Part shown: positions 17,000 to 28,492 of the stretch, piece after piece
How positions within the stretch are numbered: the stretch's first letter is position 1
How the letters are laid out: the number at the start of each line of letters is the position of its first letter
NCBI GenBank assembly: GCA_963558185.1
Contig: CAUWFE010000004.1
Coordinates: forward strand, 2,395-66,394
Direction of reading: 5' to 3'
Source: an uncultured Clostridia bacterium
GTDB lineage: Bacteria > Bacillota > Clostridia > TANB77 > CAG-508
Length of the DNA: 64,000 nt
Program-made: the position numbers and the translations under genes
The notes under the pieces: model-generated
What the model was told of the DNA's origin: nothing
The model's database searches: none
The model's input: the letters and a program-made list of their open reading frames with translations, nothing else

Positions 17000-17947
17000 A
17001 TGAAATTAAATATGAAAAAACTTGCAGATTACATTATGCACTTAATACAAGGTTTTTGTATGGCTTTAGCAGATAGTGTTCCAGGAGTATCAGGAGGAAC
17101 AATAGCATTTTTATTAGGATTTTATGATAAATTCATAAATTCATTAGGAAATCTAATGAAAGGAACAAAAAATGCTACAAAAGAAGAGAAAAGAAAAGAA
17201 AAAAAGGATGCAATTATATTTTTATTAAAATTAGGAATTGGATGGATAATAGGATTTACATCAGCTGTATTGGTCTTATCTAGTGTATTTGAAAGCCACA
17301 TATATAGTGTAAGTTCATTATTCTTAGGGTTTATCATATTTGCAATTCCAATTGTTATACTAGAAGAAAAAGACTGCTTAAAAGGAAAATGGAAAAACTT
17401 AATTTTCGTAGCAATAGGAATAGCAGTAGTAGTAGCAATTACATTATTAAATCCAGTATCTGGCGAAAACAATGCAGTAGATTTAACTAATTTAAACTTT
17501 GGACTTGGTATTTATATTTTTGTAGTAGCAATGGTTGCAATATCAGCGATGATATTACCAGGAATTTCAGGTTCTACACTATTATTAATATTTGGACTAT
17601 ATATGCCAATTATATCTGGAATAAAAGAATTATTACATTTAAACTTTGCATATTTTCCAGCAATATTCATCTTTGGACTAGGAATATTAGCAGGAATAGC
17701 AATAGTAATAAAAACAATACAAAAATGCTTAGAAAAGTATAGATCACAAACAATATATTGCATAATAGGTCTAATGATAGGTTCATTATATTCTATAGTA
17801 ATGGGGCCAACAACATTAGAAGTACCACAAGCAGCAATGTCATTACAAACATTTAATATATTATTCTTTATATTAGGTGGAGTAATAATAGCAGGATTAC
17901 AAGCAATGAAAGTATTTATAGAAAAGAAAAAAAGAATAGAAGAGTAA
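17000..17947 (+). CDS. DUF368 family membrane protein (family reported as an undecaprenyl-phosphate translocase, PopT-type)
   Basis: The motif ADSVPGVSGGTIAFLLGFYDKF and its internal repeat ILPGISGSTLLLIFGLY are typical of DUF368. The start could also be the ATG at 17012. Confidence 0.7.
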   Translation: MKLNMKKLADYIMHLIQGFCMALADSVPGVSGGTIAFLLGFYDKFINSLGNLMKGTKNATKEEKRKEKKDAIIFLLKLGIGWIIGFTSAVLVLSSVFESHIYSVSSLFLGFIIFAIPIVILEEKDCLKGKWKNLIFVAIGIAVVVAITLLNPVSGENNAVDLTNLNFGLGIYIFVVAMVAISAMILPGISGSTLLLIFGLYMPIISGIKELLHLNFAYFPAIFIFGLGILAGIAIVIKTIQKCLEKYRSQTIYCIIGLMIGSLYSIVMGPTTLEVPQAAMSLQTFNILFFILGGVIIAGLQAMKVFIEKKKRIEE

Positions 17948-17952
17948 AAAAT

Positions 17953-17990
17953 AAAAACCTTATTTGATAAATTTAAAATAAGGTTTTTTT
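17953..17990 (+). terminator. Rho-independent terminator
   Basis: accttattt (17957-17965) pairs with aaataaggt (17976-17984), followed by T7. Confidence 0.75.
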
Positions 17991-18003
17991 ATGCAAAAAA
18001 TCC

Positions 18004-18033
18004 TTGACAAGCAATATAAAAGTATTGTATACT
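18004..18033 (+). promoter_or_regulatory. Strong sigma-A-type promoter about 400 nt upstream of rpoB
   Basis: TTGACA at 18004-18009, an 18-nt spacer ending in TG, and TATACT at 18028-18033. Confidence 0.6.
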
Positions 18034-18165
18034 AATATATGAATGGAGTTTTATCACCAAAAGAAATAGATAAAACAAACTTATTAACTCCAAGCCATTA
18101 TAAATAGTGGGGTTGGTAATTAATATATGAGAATAATTAATTATAAAAAATAATCAAACAAAAGC

Positions 18166-18214
18166 AAAGGTTAGTTAGCAAAAAAATGTAAAGTTGCTAG
18201 CTTACCTTTTTATT
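18166..18214 (+). terminator. Terminator-like hairpin inside the rpoB upstream region (attenuator, or the end of a small transcript)
   Basis: aaaggttagttagcaa (18166-18181) pairs with ttgctagcttaccttt (18194-18209): 16 positions with 1 mismatch and 1 G-U. The T-run ctttttatt runs into and beyond the 3' arm. Confidence 0.5.
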
Positions 18215-18435
18215 GCCTAAATTTAATTTGTATAAAAGTAAAAGAAAGAGGAATTATACTTATTTTTTTAGAAAAATACATAGTTTTGTATAAGCAGAAA
18301 ACGAAATATTTTTCTAAGAAAATAAGAAAATAAGAAGGACTTTCTTTTCTAAAATAAATTTTTTCACAAAAGCACTAAACTTAAGTAAAGTTTAAAAATT
18401 TTTTTCTGCTTAAATTTATTAAGGGGTGAGTTGTT

Positions 18436-21400
18436 TTGGTAAAAGATATCAAACATGAAAAATGTTCACGTAAGACATTTGCAAAAATTGGCGATTTTAT
18501 AGAAATGCCAAACTTAATTAAAGTTCAAAAAGATTCTTATGACTGGTTTATTGAAGAAGGATTAGGAGAAGTATTAAAAGATATTTCACCAATTGTAGAC
18601 TATTCAGGGAATTTAGTTCTTGAATTTTTCGATTACTACATGGAAGATAAAACAAAATACACAGTAGAAGAAGCAAAAGAAAGAGATGCAACATATTCTA
18701 CAAGATTACACGTAAAAGTACGTTTAATAAATCGTGAAACTGCTGAAATTAAAGAACAAGAAATCTACTTAGGTGATTTCCCATTAATGACAGATAGTGG
18801 AACATTTATTATAAATGGTGCAGAAAGAGTTGTAGTAAGCCAGTTAGTACGTTCACCAGGTTGCTATTATGCATCTGATTACGATAAAGTAGGAAAAAAA
18901 CTATTTACAGCAACAGTTATGCCAATTCGTGGTGCATGGTTAGAATATGAAACAGATGGAAATGATGTATTCTGGGCAAGAGTTGATAGAACAAGAAAAA
19001 TACCTGTAACTACATTATTAAGAGCAATTGGCTTAGAAACAGATGAACAGATGATAGACTTATTTGGAGAAGAACCTAAATTATTAGCAACAATTCAAAA
19101 AGATCCTATCAAAACAGTAGACGAAGCATTAATAGAAATTTACAAAAAATTAAGACCAGGAGAACTTCCTACAGTTGAAGCAGCTAGAAGTTTATTCACA
19201 GGATTACTATTTGATGAAAGAAGATATGACTTAGCAAAAGTAGGTAGATACAAATATAATAAAAAATTAAATTTAGCAAATAGAATTACTGGATATGTTG
19301 CTTTTGATGATATCATGGATCCATCTACTGGAGAAGTTTTAGTAGAAAAAGATAATATCATTACAGAAGAGATTGCCAATGAAATTCAAAATTCAGGAAT
19401 TAACATTGTAGATATCAAAGTAAATGATAAAAAAGTAAGAATTATAGGAAATGGAACAGTAAATATACACAATGTAGTAACAAACATTGATATTTCTGAT
19501 TTACATTTTAAAGAAGAAGTAAACTATGCAGTATTACAATCAATACTAGAATCAACAGAAGAAAAAGACTTACATAAAGTATTAAAAGAAAGAAAAGGGG
19601 AATTAATTCCAAAACACGTAACAAACGAAGATATAATTGCATCAATAAACTACTTATTTAACTTAGACCATGGAATTGGTGTAATGGAAGACATAGACCA
19701 TTTAGGAAATAGACGTATTAGATGCGTTGGAGAATTATTACAAAATCAATTTAGAATTGGATTAACAAGATTAGAAAGAGTTGTTCGTGAAAGAATGACA
19801 ATTCAAGATTTAGATGTTGTAACACCACAAACATTAATAAATACAAAACCAATAACATCATCTATTCGTGAATTCTTTGGAAGTTCACAATTATCTCAAT
19901 TTATGGATCAAACAAATCCTCTTTCTGAATTAACACATAAAAGAAGAATTTCAGCATTAGGACCTGGAGGTTTATCAAGAGAAAGAGCTGGATTCGAAGT
20001 TAGAGATATTCACTATACACACTATGGTAGACTTTGCCCTGTAGAATCACCAGAAGGACCAAACATAGGACTTATTTCAGCATTATCATCATTTGCCATG
20101 ATAAATGAATATGGATTTATTGAAACACCATATAGAAAAGTAGACCATGAAACAGGTAAAGTAACAGATGAAGTTGTATACATGCCAGCAGATGAAGAAG
20201 ATAAATATATAATCGCACAAGCATCAGAACCATTAGACGAAGAAAATAAATTTATAAATAAAAGAATTCGTGTACGTAATAAAGCAGAAATTACAGAAGT
20301 TGATAAAGAACAAGTAGACTATGTAGATGTTTCTCCAAAACAATTAGTTTCTGTAGCAGCAGCAATGATACCTTTCTTAGAGCATGATGACGTAAAACGT
20401 TCATTAATGGGGTCAAACATGCAACGTCAAGCAGTTCCATTATTAATGCCTGAAACTCCAATAGTAGGGACAGGAATTGAATATAGAGCAGCAAAAGACT
20501 CTGGAATTACAGTTACAGCTAAAAATGAAGGTGTTGTTGAAAAAGTAACAGCAGACCAAATTTTAGTAAGAAATAAAAAGAATGAAATAGATACATACAA
20601 ATTACGTAAATTCAAAAGAACAAATGGTGGAACATGTATAAATCAAAGACCAGTTGTAACAAGAGGCGAAATAGTAAAAGAAGGAGACATCTTAGCAGAT
20701 GGTCCATCTACAAAAAATGGGGAAATGGCATTAGGTAGAAACGTACTAATAGCATTTACAACATGGGAAGGTTACAACTATGAGGATGCTGTATTAATAA
20801 GTGAAAGACTAGTAAAAGAAGACGTATATACATCTATACATATAGAAGAATATGACTGTGAATGTAGAGATACAAAATTAGGTCCAGAAGAAATTACACG
20901 TGATATACCAAACGTTGGTGATGATGGATTAAAAGACTTAGACGAAAACGGTATAATTAGAATAGGTGCAGAAGTTAGACCAGGAGATATATTAGTTGGA
21001 AAAGTTACTCCAAAAGGAGAAACAGAATTAACAGCAGAAGAAAGATTACTAAGAGCTATATTTGGTGAAAAATCAAGAGAAGTAAGAGATACATCATTAA
21101 GAGTACCACATGGAGAAGCAGGAACAATAGTAGATGTTAAAATCTTTACAAGAGATAATTCAGATGAATTAGGTCCTGGTGTAAATCAAGTAATTCGTTG
21201 TTATATTGCAACAAAAAGAAAAATCTCAGTAGGAGATAAAATGGCTGGTCGTCACGGAAATAAAGGTGTTATTTCTAGAATTTTACCAGTAGAAGATATG
21301 CCATTTATGCCAGATGGAACACCAGTAGATATAGTATTAAACCCAATGGGTATACCTTCTCGTATGAACCTAGGACAGGTGCTAGAAGTTCATTTAGGTA

Positions 21401-22143
21401 TGGCAGCAAGAGCTTTAGGATGGAAAGTAGCAACACCAGTATTTGATGGTGCTACAGATAAAGAAATTGAAGACTTATTAGAAGAAGCTGGACTAAGTAG
21501 AGATGGAAAAACCACACTATATGATGGTAGAACAGGAGATCCATTTGATCACCCAATTACAGTAGGTGTTATGTATATGTTAAAATTACATCACTTAGTA
21601 GATGACAAAATCCATGCTCGTTCAACAGGACCATACTCATTAGTAACACAACAACCACTTGGAGGTAAAGCACAATTTGGTGGACAACGTTTCGGAGAGA
21701 TGGAAGTTTGGGCATTAGAGGCATATGGTGCAGCATACACACTACAAGAAATGTTAACAGTAAAATCAGATGATGTGGTAGGCCGTGTTAAAACTTATGA
21801 AGCAATTGTTAAAGGTGAAAATGTTCCAGAACCAGGAGTTCCAGAATCATTTAAAGTATTAATTAAAGAACTTCAATCTTTAGGATTAGACATTCGTCTA
21901 TATTCAGAAGATAACCAAGAACTTGAATTAAAAGAACATATTGATGAAGGAATTGACTACGAAGAAAGTAAAAATAAAGTGGGAACAGATGTATTAAATG
22001 AAAGTGAATTAGAAGATAGTTATATATCAGCAGACGAAGATGCAGAAGATATGTTATTAGATGAAGTAGAAGAAACAGAAAACTACGAAGATAATGATGA
22101 GCTATTTGAAGGCTTTGATGATGAAGATGATATGAATTTCTAA
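18436..22143 (+). CDS. rpoB: DNA-directed RNA polymerase subunit beta
   Basis: Full-length RpoB with conserved blocks ([55 protein letters not shown]). TTG start after AAGGGG. Acidic C-terminal extension of about 70 aa. Confidence 0.95.
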   Translation: MVKDIKHEKCSRKTFAKIGDFIEMPNLIKVQKDSYDWFIEEGLGEVLKDISPIVDYSGNLVLEFFDYYMEDKTKYTVEEAKERDATYSTRLHVKVRLINRETAEIKEQEIYLGDFPLMTDSGTFIINGAERVVVSQLVRSPGCYYASDYDKVGKKLFTATVMPIRGAWLEYETDGNDVFWARVDRTRKIPVTTLLRAIGLETDEQMIDLFGEEPKLLATIQKDPIKTVDEALIEIYKKLRPGELPTVEAARSLFTGLLFDERRYDLAKVGRYKYNKKLNLANRITGYVAFDDIMDPSTGEVLVEKDNIITEEIANEIQNSGINIVDIKVNDKKVRIIGNGTVNIHNVVTNIDISDLHFKEEVNYAVLQSILESTEEKDLHKVLKERKGELIPKHVTNEDIIASINYLFNLDHGIGVMEDIDHLGNRRIRCVGELLQNQFRIGLTRLERVVRERMTIQDLDVVTPQTLINTKPITSSIREFFGSSQLSQFMDQTNPLSELTHKRRISALGPGGLSRERAGFEVRDIHYTHYGRLCPVESPEGPNIGLISALSSFAMINEYGFIETPYRKVDHETGKVTDEVVYMPADEEDKYIIAQASEPLDEENKFINKRIRVRNKAEITEVDKEQVDYVDVSPKQLVSVAAAMIPFLEHDDVKRSLMGSNMQRQAVPLLMPETPIVGTGIEYRAAKDSGITVTAKNEGVVEKVTADQILVRNKKNEIDTYKLRKFKRTNGGTCINQRPVVTRGEIVKEGDILADGPSTKNGEMALGRNVLIAFTTWEGYNYEDAVLISERLVKEDVYTSIHIEEYDCECRDTKLGPEEITRDIPNVGDDGLKDLDENGIIRIGAEVRPGDILVGKVTPKGETELTAEERLLRAIFGEKSREVRDTSLRVPHGEAGTIVDVKIFTRDNSDELGPGVNQVIRCYIATKRKISVGDKMAGRHGNKGVISRILPVEDMPFMPDGTPVDIVLNPMGIPSRMNLGQVLEVHLGMAARALGWKVATPVFDGATDKEIEDLLEEAGLSRDGKTTLYDGRTGDPFDHPITVGVMYMLKLHHLVDDKIHARSTGPYSLVTQQPLGGKAQFGGQRFGEMEVWALEAYGAAYTLQEMLTVKSDDVVGRVKTYEAIVKGENVPEPGVPESFKVLIKELQSLGLDIRLYSEDNQELELKEHIDEGIDYEESKNKVGTDVLNESELEDSYISADEDAEDMLLDEVEETENYEDNDELFEGFDDEDDMNF

Positions 22144-22177
22144 AAAACATTAAAAATTGAATAGTGCAAGAAAGTAG

Positions 22178-22227
22178 CAAAAATGCATATCATGATGGAA
22201 TTGTACAACAAAAGTTATGCATTTTTG
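22178..22227 (+). other. 12-bp hairpin in the rpoB-rpoC spacer
   Basis: caaaaatgcata (22178-22189) pairs perfectly with tatgcatttttg (22216-22227) around a 26-nt loop. It lies in a 133-nt intergenic spacer. Confidence 0.5.
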
Positions 22228-22276
22228 TAAAATCGGCCATTAGAGGATAATAAAATAAAGTCAGGGGGAACCTTAA

Positions 22277-25200
22277 GTGGACGAATTAGAAATGTTTGAT
22301 AAAATCAAAATAGGATTAGCATCAGATGAAAAAATTAGAGAATGGTCAAAAGGAGAAGTAAAAAAACCAGAGACTATTAACTATAGAACACTAAAACCAG
22401 AAAAAGATGGTTTATTTTGTGAAAGAATATTTGGACCAACAAAAGACTGGGAATGTCATTGTGGAAAATATAAAAGAGTAAGATATAAAGGAATTGTCTG
22501 TGATAGATGTGGTGTAGAAGTTACAAAATCTAAAGTAAGACGTGAAAGAATGGGTCATATTGAACTTGCAGCACCAGTTGCACATATTTGGTATTTTAAA
22601 GGAATCCCAAGTAGAATTGCTTTAGTATTAGATGTATCACCAAGAAATATAGAAAAAGTAATTTATTTTGCTTCATATATAGTTACAGATAAAGGTACAT
22701 CAGGGTTATTAAAAACTCAAGTACTAACAGAAAAAGAATATCATGAAGCTGTTGAAAAATATGGTGAAGGTAGCTTTAAAGCTGAAATGGGAGCAGAAGC
22801 TATTGAAAAACTTTTAAAAGAAGTAGACTTAGAAAAATTAGCAGAAAAATTAAGAAAAGAGCTTGAAAAAGCTAGTGAGCAAAAAAAAGCAAAATTAATT
22901 AAAAGACTAGATACAGTAGAATCTTTCAGACAATCTGGAAATAGACCAGAATGGATGATTATGAATGTTGTACCAGTTATTCCACCAGATTTAAGACCAA
23001 TGGTACAATTAGATGGTGGTAGATTCGCAACATCTGATTTAAATGATTTATATAGAAGAGTTATAAACAGAAATAACAGATTAAAAAGATTAATTGAATT
23101 AGGAGCTCCAGAAATAATTAAAAGAAATGAAAAAAGAATGTTACAAGAATCTGTAGATGCTCTAATTGATAACTCAAGACGTGGTAGACCAGTAACAGGT
23201 GCTGGAAATAGAGCACTAAAATCTTTATCAGATATGTTAAAAGGAAAACAAGGTAGATTTAGACAAAACCTATTAGGAAAACGTGTTGACTATTCAGGAC
23301 GTTCAGTTATCGTAGTAGGTCCAGAACTTAAAATTTATCAATGTGGTGTTCCAAAAGAAATGGCAGTAGAATTATTCAAACCATTTGTTATGAGAGAATT
23401 AGTAGGAAGAAATATTGCACATAACATAAAAAATGCAAAAAGAATGGTAGAAAAGCTTCGTCCAGAAGTATGGGATATATTAGAAGATGTTATAAAAGAC
23501 CATCCAGTTATGTTAAACCGTGCTCCTACACTACATAGACTTGGTATACAAGCTTTTGAGCCAGTATTAGTAGAAGGTAGAGCTATAAAGCTTCACCCAC
23601 TTGTATGTACAGCGTTCAATGCTGACTTTGATGGTGACCAAATGGCTATACACGTACCTTTATCACCAGAAGCACAAGCAGAAGCAAGATATTTAATGTT
23701 ATCTCAAAATAACCTTTTAAAACCACAAGATGGTATGCCAGTAACAGTTCCTTCACAAGATATGATATTAGGTGCATATTGTTTAACAATGGAAGTAGAA
23801 GGAGAAAAAGGAGAAGGAAATTATTTCTCATCTCCAGAAGAAGCAATTATTGCATATGAAAATAAAGAAGTAGGAATGCATTGCTTCATAAATGTAAGAA
23901 TGTCTAAAAAAGATGAAGAAGGAAATGAAAGACATAAATTTGTAAAAACAACAGTAGGAAGAATAATATACAACAAAGGAATTCCACAAGACTTAGGATT
24001 TGTAGATAGAACAAACCCAGAAACTGAATTTGAACCAGAAGTTAACTTTGTAGTTAAAAAGAAAAATCTTGGAAAAATAATAGAAAGATGTATAAATCAA
24101 CATGGATTAGACAGAACAGGAGAATTACTAGACTATATAAAAGCAACAGGTTTCAAATATTCTACATTAGGTGGAGTTACAGTTTCTATTGATGATGTTA
24201 AAGTTCCAGAAGAGAAAAAGACAATATTAGAGCAAGCATCTCAAGATGTTGAAAAAGTATTAAAACAATATAAACGTGGTTTAATAACAGAAGAAGAAAG
24301 ATATTTATCTGTTATCAAAATCTGGGAAAAAGCAACAGACGACGTAAAAATTGCAATGAAAAATAACTTTGAAACAGAAAACCCAATGTACATGATGTCA
24401 GAGTCTGGAGCCAGAGGTAACTTAGACCAGTTAAAACAAATTGCAGGTATGCGTGGACTTATGGCTAGTACAACTGGTAAAACAGTAGAAATACCAATTA
24501 AATCTTCATTCCGTGAAGGATTAGATGCCCTAGAATACTTCATTTCAGCACACGGTGCTCGTAAAGGACTTTCAGATACAGCTTTAAGAACAGCCGACTC
24601 TGGATATTTAACAAGAAGATTAGTAGATGTTTCACAAGATATTATCGTAAGAGAAGATGACTGTGGAACACAAGATGGAATTGAATTAACAGCAATTAGA
24701 GATGGAAATCAAGAAATTGAATCATTACAAGAAAGATTAATAGGAAGATATCCATTACATAATATTAATAATCCACAAACAGGTGAGTTAATTGTGGATA
24801 CAGACACAATGATAAATGATAAAATTGCAGATAAAATTGTAGAAGCAGGAATTGAAAAAGTAAGAGTACGTAGCGTATTTGGATGTAGAACTAAAAATGG
24901 TGTATGTTCAAAATGTTATGGTATGGGCTTAGCAAGTAGAGAAAAAGCAACAATAGGTGAAGCTGTAGGTATTATAGCAGCACAATCTATTGGTGAGCCA
25001 GGTACACAGCTTACAATGAGAACTATCCACTCTGGTGGTGTTGCCGGTGTAGCAGATATTACACAAGGTCTTCCTAGAGTTGAAGAGTTATTTGAAGCAA
25101 GAAAACCAAAGGGACTTGCAATTATTTCTGAAATTAATGGTACAGTTAAAATTTCTGATGAAAAGAAGAGAAGAGAAGTAATAGTTACTTCAAGTGATGA

Positions 25201-25780
25201 TAGTAAAACATATGTTATTCCATTTGGTTCAAAACTAAAAGTAAAAGATGGAATGCAAGTTGAAGCAGGAGAACCATTAACAGAAGGTTCTATAAATCCA
25301 AATGAATTATTATTAATAAAAGGACCGGAAGGAGTATATAACTATATAGTACAAGAAGTACAAAAAGTATATAGAAACCAAGGTGTTGACATTAATGATA
25401 AACATATAGAAGTAATAGGAAGACAAATGCTTAAGAGAGTAAGAGTAGAAGATCCAGGAGACACAAAATTCTTTGCAGGTTCATTAGTTGATATGTATGA
25501 ATTTAAAGACGAAAATGAATTAATGGAACAAGAAGGAAAACGTGTAGCAACAGGAAAACGAGTATTACTTGGTATAACAAAAGCATCACTTGCAACAGAT
25601 AGCTTCTTATCAGCAGCATCATTCCAAGAAACAACAAGAGTATTAACAGAAGCAGCAATAAAAGGCAAAGTAGACGAACTAGTAGGATTAAAAGAAAATG
25701 TAATAATTGGTAAATTAATCCCAGCAGGTACAGGACTTGCAAAATATAAAAGCACACAAATAGAAGTAGAAGAACAATAA
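22277..25780 (+). CDS. rpoC: DNA-directed RNA polymerase subunit beta-prime
   Basis: Zn-binding [23 protein letters not shown], catalytic [12 protein letters not shown], and [20 protein letters not shown] start after GGGGGA. Confidence 0.95.
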   Translation: MDELEMFDKIKIGLASDEKIREWSKGEVKKPETINYRTLKPEKDGLFCERIFGPTKDWECHCGKYKRVRYKGIVCDRCGVEVTKSKVRRERMGHIELAAPVAHIWYFKGIPSRIALVLDVSPRNIEKVIYFASYIVTDKGTSGLLKTQVLTEKEYHEAVEKYGEGSFKAEMGAEAIEKLLKEVDLEKLAEKLRKELEKASEQKKAKLIKRLDTVESFRQSGNRPEWMIMNVVPVIPPDLRPMVQLDGGRFATSDLNDLYRRVINRNNRLKRLIELGAPEIIKRNEKRMLQESVDALIDNSRRGRPVTGAGNRALKSLSDMLKGKQGRFRQNLLGKRVDYSGRSVIVVGPELKIYQCGVPKEMAVELFKPFVMRELVGRNIAHNIKNAKRMVEKLRPEVWDILEDVIKDHPVMLNRAPTLHRLGIQAFEPVLVEGRAIKLHPLVCTAFNADFDGDQMAIHVPLSPEAQAEARYLMLSQNNLLKPQDGMPVTVPSQDMILGAYCLTMEVEGEKGEGNYFSSPEEAIIAYENKEVGMHCFINVRMSKKDEEGNERHKFVKTTVGRIIYNKGIPQDLGFVDRTNPETEFEPEVNFVVKKKNLGKIIERCINQHGLDRTGELLDYIKATGFKYSTLGGVTVSIDDVKVPEEKKTILEQASQDVEKVLKQYKRGLITEEERYLSVIKIWEKATDDVKIAMKNNFETENPMYMMSESGARGNLDQLKQIAGMRGLMASTTGKTVEIPIKSSFREGLDALEYFISAHGARKGLSDTALRTADSGYLTRRLVDVSQDIIVREDDCGTQDGIELTAIRDGNQEIESLQERLIGRYPLHNINNPQTGELIVDTDTMINDKIADKIVEAGIEKVRVRSVFGCRTKNGVCSKCYGMGLASREKATIGEAVGIIAAQSIGEPGTQLTMRTIHSGGVAGVADITQGLPRVEELFEARKPKGLAIISEINGTVKISDEKKRREVIVTSSDDSKTYVIPFGSKLKVKDGMQVEAGEPLTEGSINPNELLLIKGPEGVYNYIVQEVQKVYRNQGVDINDKHIEVIGRQMLKRVRVEDPGDTKFFAGSLVDMYEFKDENELMEQEGKRVATGKRVLLGITKASLATDSFLSAASFQETTRVLTEAAIKGKVDELVGLKENVIIGKLIPAGTGLAKYKSTQIEVEEQ

Positions 25781-25834
25781 AAAAATAGTTTTTTCTAAAT
25801 TGTGCATATTATAAAAATAATCTAAAAATATAGT

Positions 25835-25873
25835 AAAAATGAACTTTAGGCACTCTTAAAGTTCATTTTTTTT
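25835..25873 (+). terminator. Rho-independent terminator after rpoC
   Basis: aaaaatgaacttta pairs with taaagttcattttt around an 8-nt loop, followed by an extended T-run. Confidence 0.75.
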
Positions 25874-25965
25874 CCTTTACTTTCACTAATATTTATGCTA
25901 TAATATACCTTGCAATATAGCGTAAAACTTAAGCTATAATAATAAAAAGAAAGAGGAATAATAAT

Positions 25966-28002
25966 ATGCCAAGCAATAAAAAAGTGTTTGATAAATTAGT
26001 TTCAAAAACCAAAATTTATCTAATAATAATAGCAATTTTATTAATAGTATTATGCATATATGAAATAAACTTCATAACTCCATCAATCATCTTATATGTA
26101 ATAATATTAATGTATGCATATTGGACAAATAATAAAAGAAAAGTAGAACTTTCAGAACATATCAAAGATTTAACATTAACAGTTGATAATGCAGCAAAAG
26201 GAACCTTAATAAACTCACCATTTCCATTAGTAATAATAGAAACAGATGGAAATATAATTTGGAAAAGTTCAAAATTTATACATACATTTGCAAACATAGA
26301 TATAAATAATTACTTAAATAATATAGTAAAAGAATTAAAATTAGAGATAAAAAATGGAAGTGAAGAAAACAAAAAAGAGCTAGAAGAATTAATAAAAAAA
26401 CAAGTAAAAATAGGAGATAGAACATATAAAGTAGTAGGAGAATATGTTAAATCAAAAGACAAAACAAAAGACAAAGTAAAAGAAGACGAATACATGGCTA
26501 CATTATACTTTATAGACGAAACACAACATTTTAAGCTTCAAGAAATATATAATAACTCTAAAATATGTGTAGGAATCATAATGATAGATAATTATGAAGA
26601 AATAATGCAAAGAATTTCAGATGAAGATAAGCCACAAATAATAGCAAAAATAGAAAAAGTAATTTATGACTGGGCAGGAGAGCTAGAAGCATTAATAATA
26701 AAACAAGATAGAGATACATTTGTAGTGATAATGGAACAAAAACATATTACACAATTAGAGGAAAATAAATTTAATATACTAGATACAATAAAAGAAATTA
26801 ATATTCCAGGAAAGATGCAATCAACATTAAGTATAGCAATTACGGAAGAAGGAGAATCAAACTATCAAAAATATAAAATGGCTCAAGCAACAATAGATAT
26901 AGCATTAGGTAGGGGTGGAGACCAAGCTATCTTAAGAAAGAATGGAAAATATACATTTTTTGGAGGAAGAACACAAGAAGTAGAAAAACGTACTAAAGTA
27001 AAAGCAAGAATAGTAGCACATGCTTTAGAAGAATTAATAAATGAATCAAAAAATGTTATAATAATGGGACATACAAATACTGATATAGATGCAATGGGCT
27101 CAGCATTTGGAATTTACCGTTTTGCAAAAACTATGGGAAAAGAAGATGTTAATATAGTAAATGATACTTATGGATTAAGTTTGCAAAACTTTTTACAAGA
27201 AGTTGAAAAAGTAGAAGAATACAAAAATGCAATTATAACAAAAGAAACAGCATTATCAAAAATATCAGAAGAAACATTATTAGTAATAGTAGATACTCAT
27301 AAAGAAAATTATGTAGAAGCACCAGAATTATTAGAAAAAACAAATAAAATAGTAATAATAGACCATCATAGAAGAAGTACAGACTTCATAAAAAATTCAA
27401 TATTAACTTTTCAAGAAGTATATGCATCTTCAGCAGCAGAATTAGTAACAGAGCTAATAGAATATTCAGAACAAGACATAAAATTAACAGAAATTGAAAC
27501 TGAAAGTTTGTATGCTGGAATTATGATGGATACAAAAAACTTTACATTTAAAACAGGGGTAAGAACATTTGAAGCAGCAGCATATTTAAGAAAATGTGGA
27601 GTAGATATAATAAAAGTAAAAAAATGGTTCCAAAGTGATTTAGATACACATAATAAAATATCAGAAATAATATCAAAAACAGAATTAGTAAATCAAACTA
27701 TAGGTATTTCTATATATGAAAAAGAGGATATAAATAGTAACATTATATGTGCAAAAGCAGCAGATGAACTATTAACAATAAGTAATATTACCGCTTCATT
27801 TGTAATTGGCAAAATGGGAGAAAAAGTTTGCATTAGTGGACGTTCAATAGGAGATATAAATGTGCAACTAATATTAGAAAAATTAGGCGGTGGAGGTCAT
27901 ATAACATTAGCAGGTGCACAAGTAGAAGGTATGACTATTTTAGAAGTAAAACAAGAATTAATAAATCGTATAAATGAATATTTTAGCGAAATAGAAGGTT
28001 AG
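25966..28002 (+). CDS. gdpP: GdpP/YybT-type DHH-DHHA1 phosphodiesterase (c-di-AMP phosphodiesterase family)
   Basis: Two N-terminal TM helices, a PAS-like and degenerate GGDEF-like middle region, DHH motifs (GHTNTDIDAMGS, IIDHHRRS) and a DHHA1 GGGH. It keeps the conserved gdpP-rplI-dnaB synteny known from Bacillus. Confidence 0.8.
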   Translation: MPSNKKVFDKLVSKTKIYLIIIAILLIVLCIYEINFITPSIILYVIILMYAYWTNNKRKVELSEHIKDLTLTVDNAAKGTLINSPFPLVIIETDGNIIWKSSKFIHTFANIDINNYLNNIVKELKLEIKNGSEENKKELEELIKKQVKIGDRTYKVVGEYVKSKDKTKDKVKEDEYMATLYFIDETQHFKLQEIYNNSKICVGIIMIDNYEEIMQRISDEDKPQIIAKIEKVIYDWAGELEALIIKQDRDTFVVIMEQKHITQLEENKFNILDTIKEINIPGKMQSTLSIAITEEGESNYQKYKMAQATIDIALGRGGDQAILRKNGKYTFFGGRTQEVEKRTKVKARIVAHALEELINESKNVIIMGHTNTDIDAMGSAFGIYRFAKTMGKEDVNIVNDTYGLSLQNFLQEVEKVEEYKNAIITKETALSKISEETLLVIVDTHKENYVEAPELLEKTNKIVIIDHHRRSTDFIKNSILTFQEVYASSAAELVTELIEYSEQDIKLTEIETESLYAGIMMDTKNFTFKTGVRTFEAAAYLRKCGVDIIKVKKWFQSDLDTHNKISEIISKTELVNQTIGISIYEKEDINSNIICAKAADELLTISNITASFVIGKMGEKVCISGRSIGDINVQLILEKLGGGGHITLAGAQVEGMTILEVKQELINRINEYFSEIEG

Positions 28003-28017
28003 AAAAGAGGAAATTTT

Positions 28018-28464
28018 ATGAAAGTAATATTATTAGACAATATAAAAGGGGTAGGCAAAAAAGATGAAATTATAAATGCAAGTGATGGATATGCTAGAAA
28101 TTTTTTATTTCCAAAAAATTTAGCATTAGAAGCAAATAAAGAAAATTTATCAAAATTACAAGCAAAACAAAGCTCAAAACAATTTAAAAAAGATACAGAA
28201 AAAGAAGAAGCATTAAAAATTTCTGAAAAATTAAGGAAAATAACATTAAAAATTGAAGTTAAAGCTGGAGAAAATGGGAAAATATTCGGAGGAATTACAG
28301 CAAAAGAAATAGCAGAAGCTTTAAAATCAAACTATCAAATAGAAGTAGATAAAAAGAAAATAATGCTAGAAGAAAATATAAAAACATTAGGAACAACAAA
28401 TGTAACAATAAAGTTATTTGAAGGTGTAATGGGAACAGTAAAAGTACAGGCAGTAAGTAAATAA
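28018..28464 (+). CDS. rplI: 50S ribosomal protein L9
   Basis: [36 protein letters not shown] is the canonical L9 N-terminal domain. Confidence 0.9.
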   Translation: MKVILLDNIKGVGKKDEIINASDGYARNFLFPKNLALEANKENLSKLQAKQSSKQFKKDTEKEEALKISEKLRKITLKIEVKAGENGKIFGGITAKEIAEALKSNYQIEVDKKKIMLEENIKTLGTTNVTIKLFEGVMGTVKVQAVSK

Positions 28465-28492
28465 TATAAAATAGAAAAGGAAGAGAGCAGTA

